Shown here: piece after piece, positions 62,691-64,000 of the stretch
Layout of the letters: each line of letters begins with the position of its first letter
Numbering within the stretch: position 1 is the stretch's first letter
Assembly: GCA_976226885.1 (NCBI GenBank)
Contig: OZ320313.1
Coordinates: 149,792,001 to 149,856,000 of the forward strand
DNA length: 64,000 bases
Direction: 5' to 3'
Origin: Iphione sp. A-MEVVRFRX5
Taxonomy: Eukaryota
The notes under the pieces: model-generated
Databases searched by the model: none
Told to the model about the DNA's origin: nothing
The model's input: only the letters and a program-made list of their open reading frames with translations
Position numbers and translations under genes: made by a program

Positions 62691-64000
62691 AGAGACACTA
62701 AAATAGAGGGCCCCTTTTAGAATGGATATAGGAGAGTGTGGATAAAGCGACGTGGTTCTATTCCTGCGATGCAGTCTCTAGAAGGCAGAAACTGATTGGA
62801 CGGTTGGAGTCACATGTACACAAAGCTGCTCAAATACATATGGGTGCGGAAACATACAAACATGCATGAAATGTAGATGCATGCATACAAACACAAGTAA
62901 AAGCTATATTTCAGGAGATGGAGGGAAATACATGTACATACGTGTTCGCTTATTTCTTTCTATCACAATGAGCTTTTCTACATTTGGCTCCTGGCCACAC
63001 ATCACCTTTCCTCGCGGGTTTTTCGGCTGAGATTGTAATCAAAGTCCGATTTCTTTAATCTCCGAATCTCCATCATTACCGACGTATCTTCCTACCTGTC
63101 CACAACGTCTCTACCACATTCTATTTTCTATTTGCATCCCTCTTTCTGTAAAACAAACTCTATTTGAACAACCATTACTTCACAACTTAATATTTTCACT
63201 TCTTGGGCCATTCCCGTTTCCTTTTTCTCATTAAAATATAATACAGGATGATGGCTTCGAGTTTCCTCATTTGTTTCAGAGTGTGACACCTGAGGGTCTC
63301 AAAGTCAACAAACAAGGACCTTGGAGTAGGTTTTACCCGCGTGCTGAAGGTCCAATCAAAAGACACGGGAAGAAACCGCTTCGCTACCTCCCGGACAGAG
63401 GAGACAACGTCGTGGGTGGCCGCACTGGGCGTGTGCCTGCGCATGCACCATCGTCATCAGCGTTCCGGCTCCACCCCAAGCCTCTACAAACATAGCAAGA
63501 TGGCCGCCAAAACATAAGGTCACCTGACCGGCGGCTGGTTGTCCACCCTCGGTGGAAGTCATTCATAATATTTCCTGGGCTTGACATGACGCAGACACCT
63601 CGAAGAGATAAAGGTGGTGGAGATTTTTTGTAGGGTAGAGTTCCTGTGAGGGAGGGCTACTGGTAGTACTTGAGTGGAACCACCTGAAGTCCTGATGTAT
63701 CCAGATATACTGCGCAGGTCATGAGAGATATGTGAGGGCTTACCAAATCACTCACCGCACCAACGCGTTTATCATCGCACCTACCATTTCTACGGGATGG
63801 TTTAAACAAATTGGAGAATCTGGATCTAAGTGTATCTCAAATTTCGTAATGCAACATTGAGACTACCATTATGAAACCTAATGGCTACAAACAATGGTTA
63901 AGCAATAATTTGGTTTATAAAAAAGCTTTACAGTTATCCCAAAGTCGAGGCAGGTCATGAAATCGTTTCATTGTCAGAAACTTTGTTACTCGAGGTAACA

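Noticed and set aside
1-64000. CRISPR arrays, rRNA, intact tRNA genes, prokaryotic operons
   Set aside because: No regularly spaced repeat-spacer array, no rRNA-like sequence and no complete cloverleaf (only the SINE head). The sequence is intron-rich eukaryotic DNA.

Overview
Eukaryotic (animal) genomic DNA, AT-rich, with two short N-gaps. The window is dominated by one minus-strand collagen gene. I could trace 20 coding exons between 44311 and 671, totalling 1427 nt (about 476 aa). All have GT-AG boundaries, and all are phase 0-0 except the phase-1 start of the most 5' exon. The assembled protein runs COL1 (with one interruption), a split NC2, COL2, NC3 and the start of COL3. A stretch across three exons ([25 protein letters not shown]) closely matches my recollection of vertebrate collagen XIII, so this looks like an invertebrate MACIT (membrane-associated collagen with interrupted triple helices, collagen XIII/XXIII/XXV family). 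The N-terminal cytosolic/TM/furin exons (beyond 44.3 kb, probably beyond 64 kb) and the C-terminal exons (below position 1) were not identified. Composition and strong TACATGTA enrichment suggest a marine invertebrate deuterostome such as amphioxus (inference only). The introns hold a Tourist-like MITE, a tRNA-derived SINE, a probable hAT MITE, microsatellites, long purine/pyrimidine-skewed tracts, and an unusual density of RFX X-box and CTCF-like motifs. The most notable points are: a 303-bp COL2 exon with foreign-looking codon usage whose removal restores the vertebrate COL2 length; a duplicated ITLK NC2 module; candidate convertase sites, including a possible KKKARR microexon; and several splice-switch configurations. 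No prokaryotic features, CRISPR arrays or intact transposase/RT ORFs were seen. Most ORFs in the supplied track are spurious.
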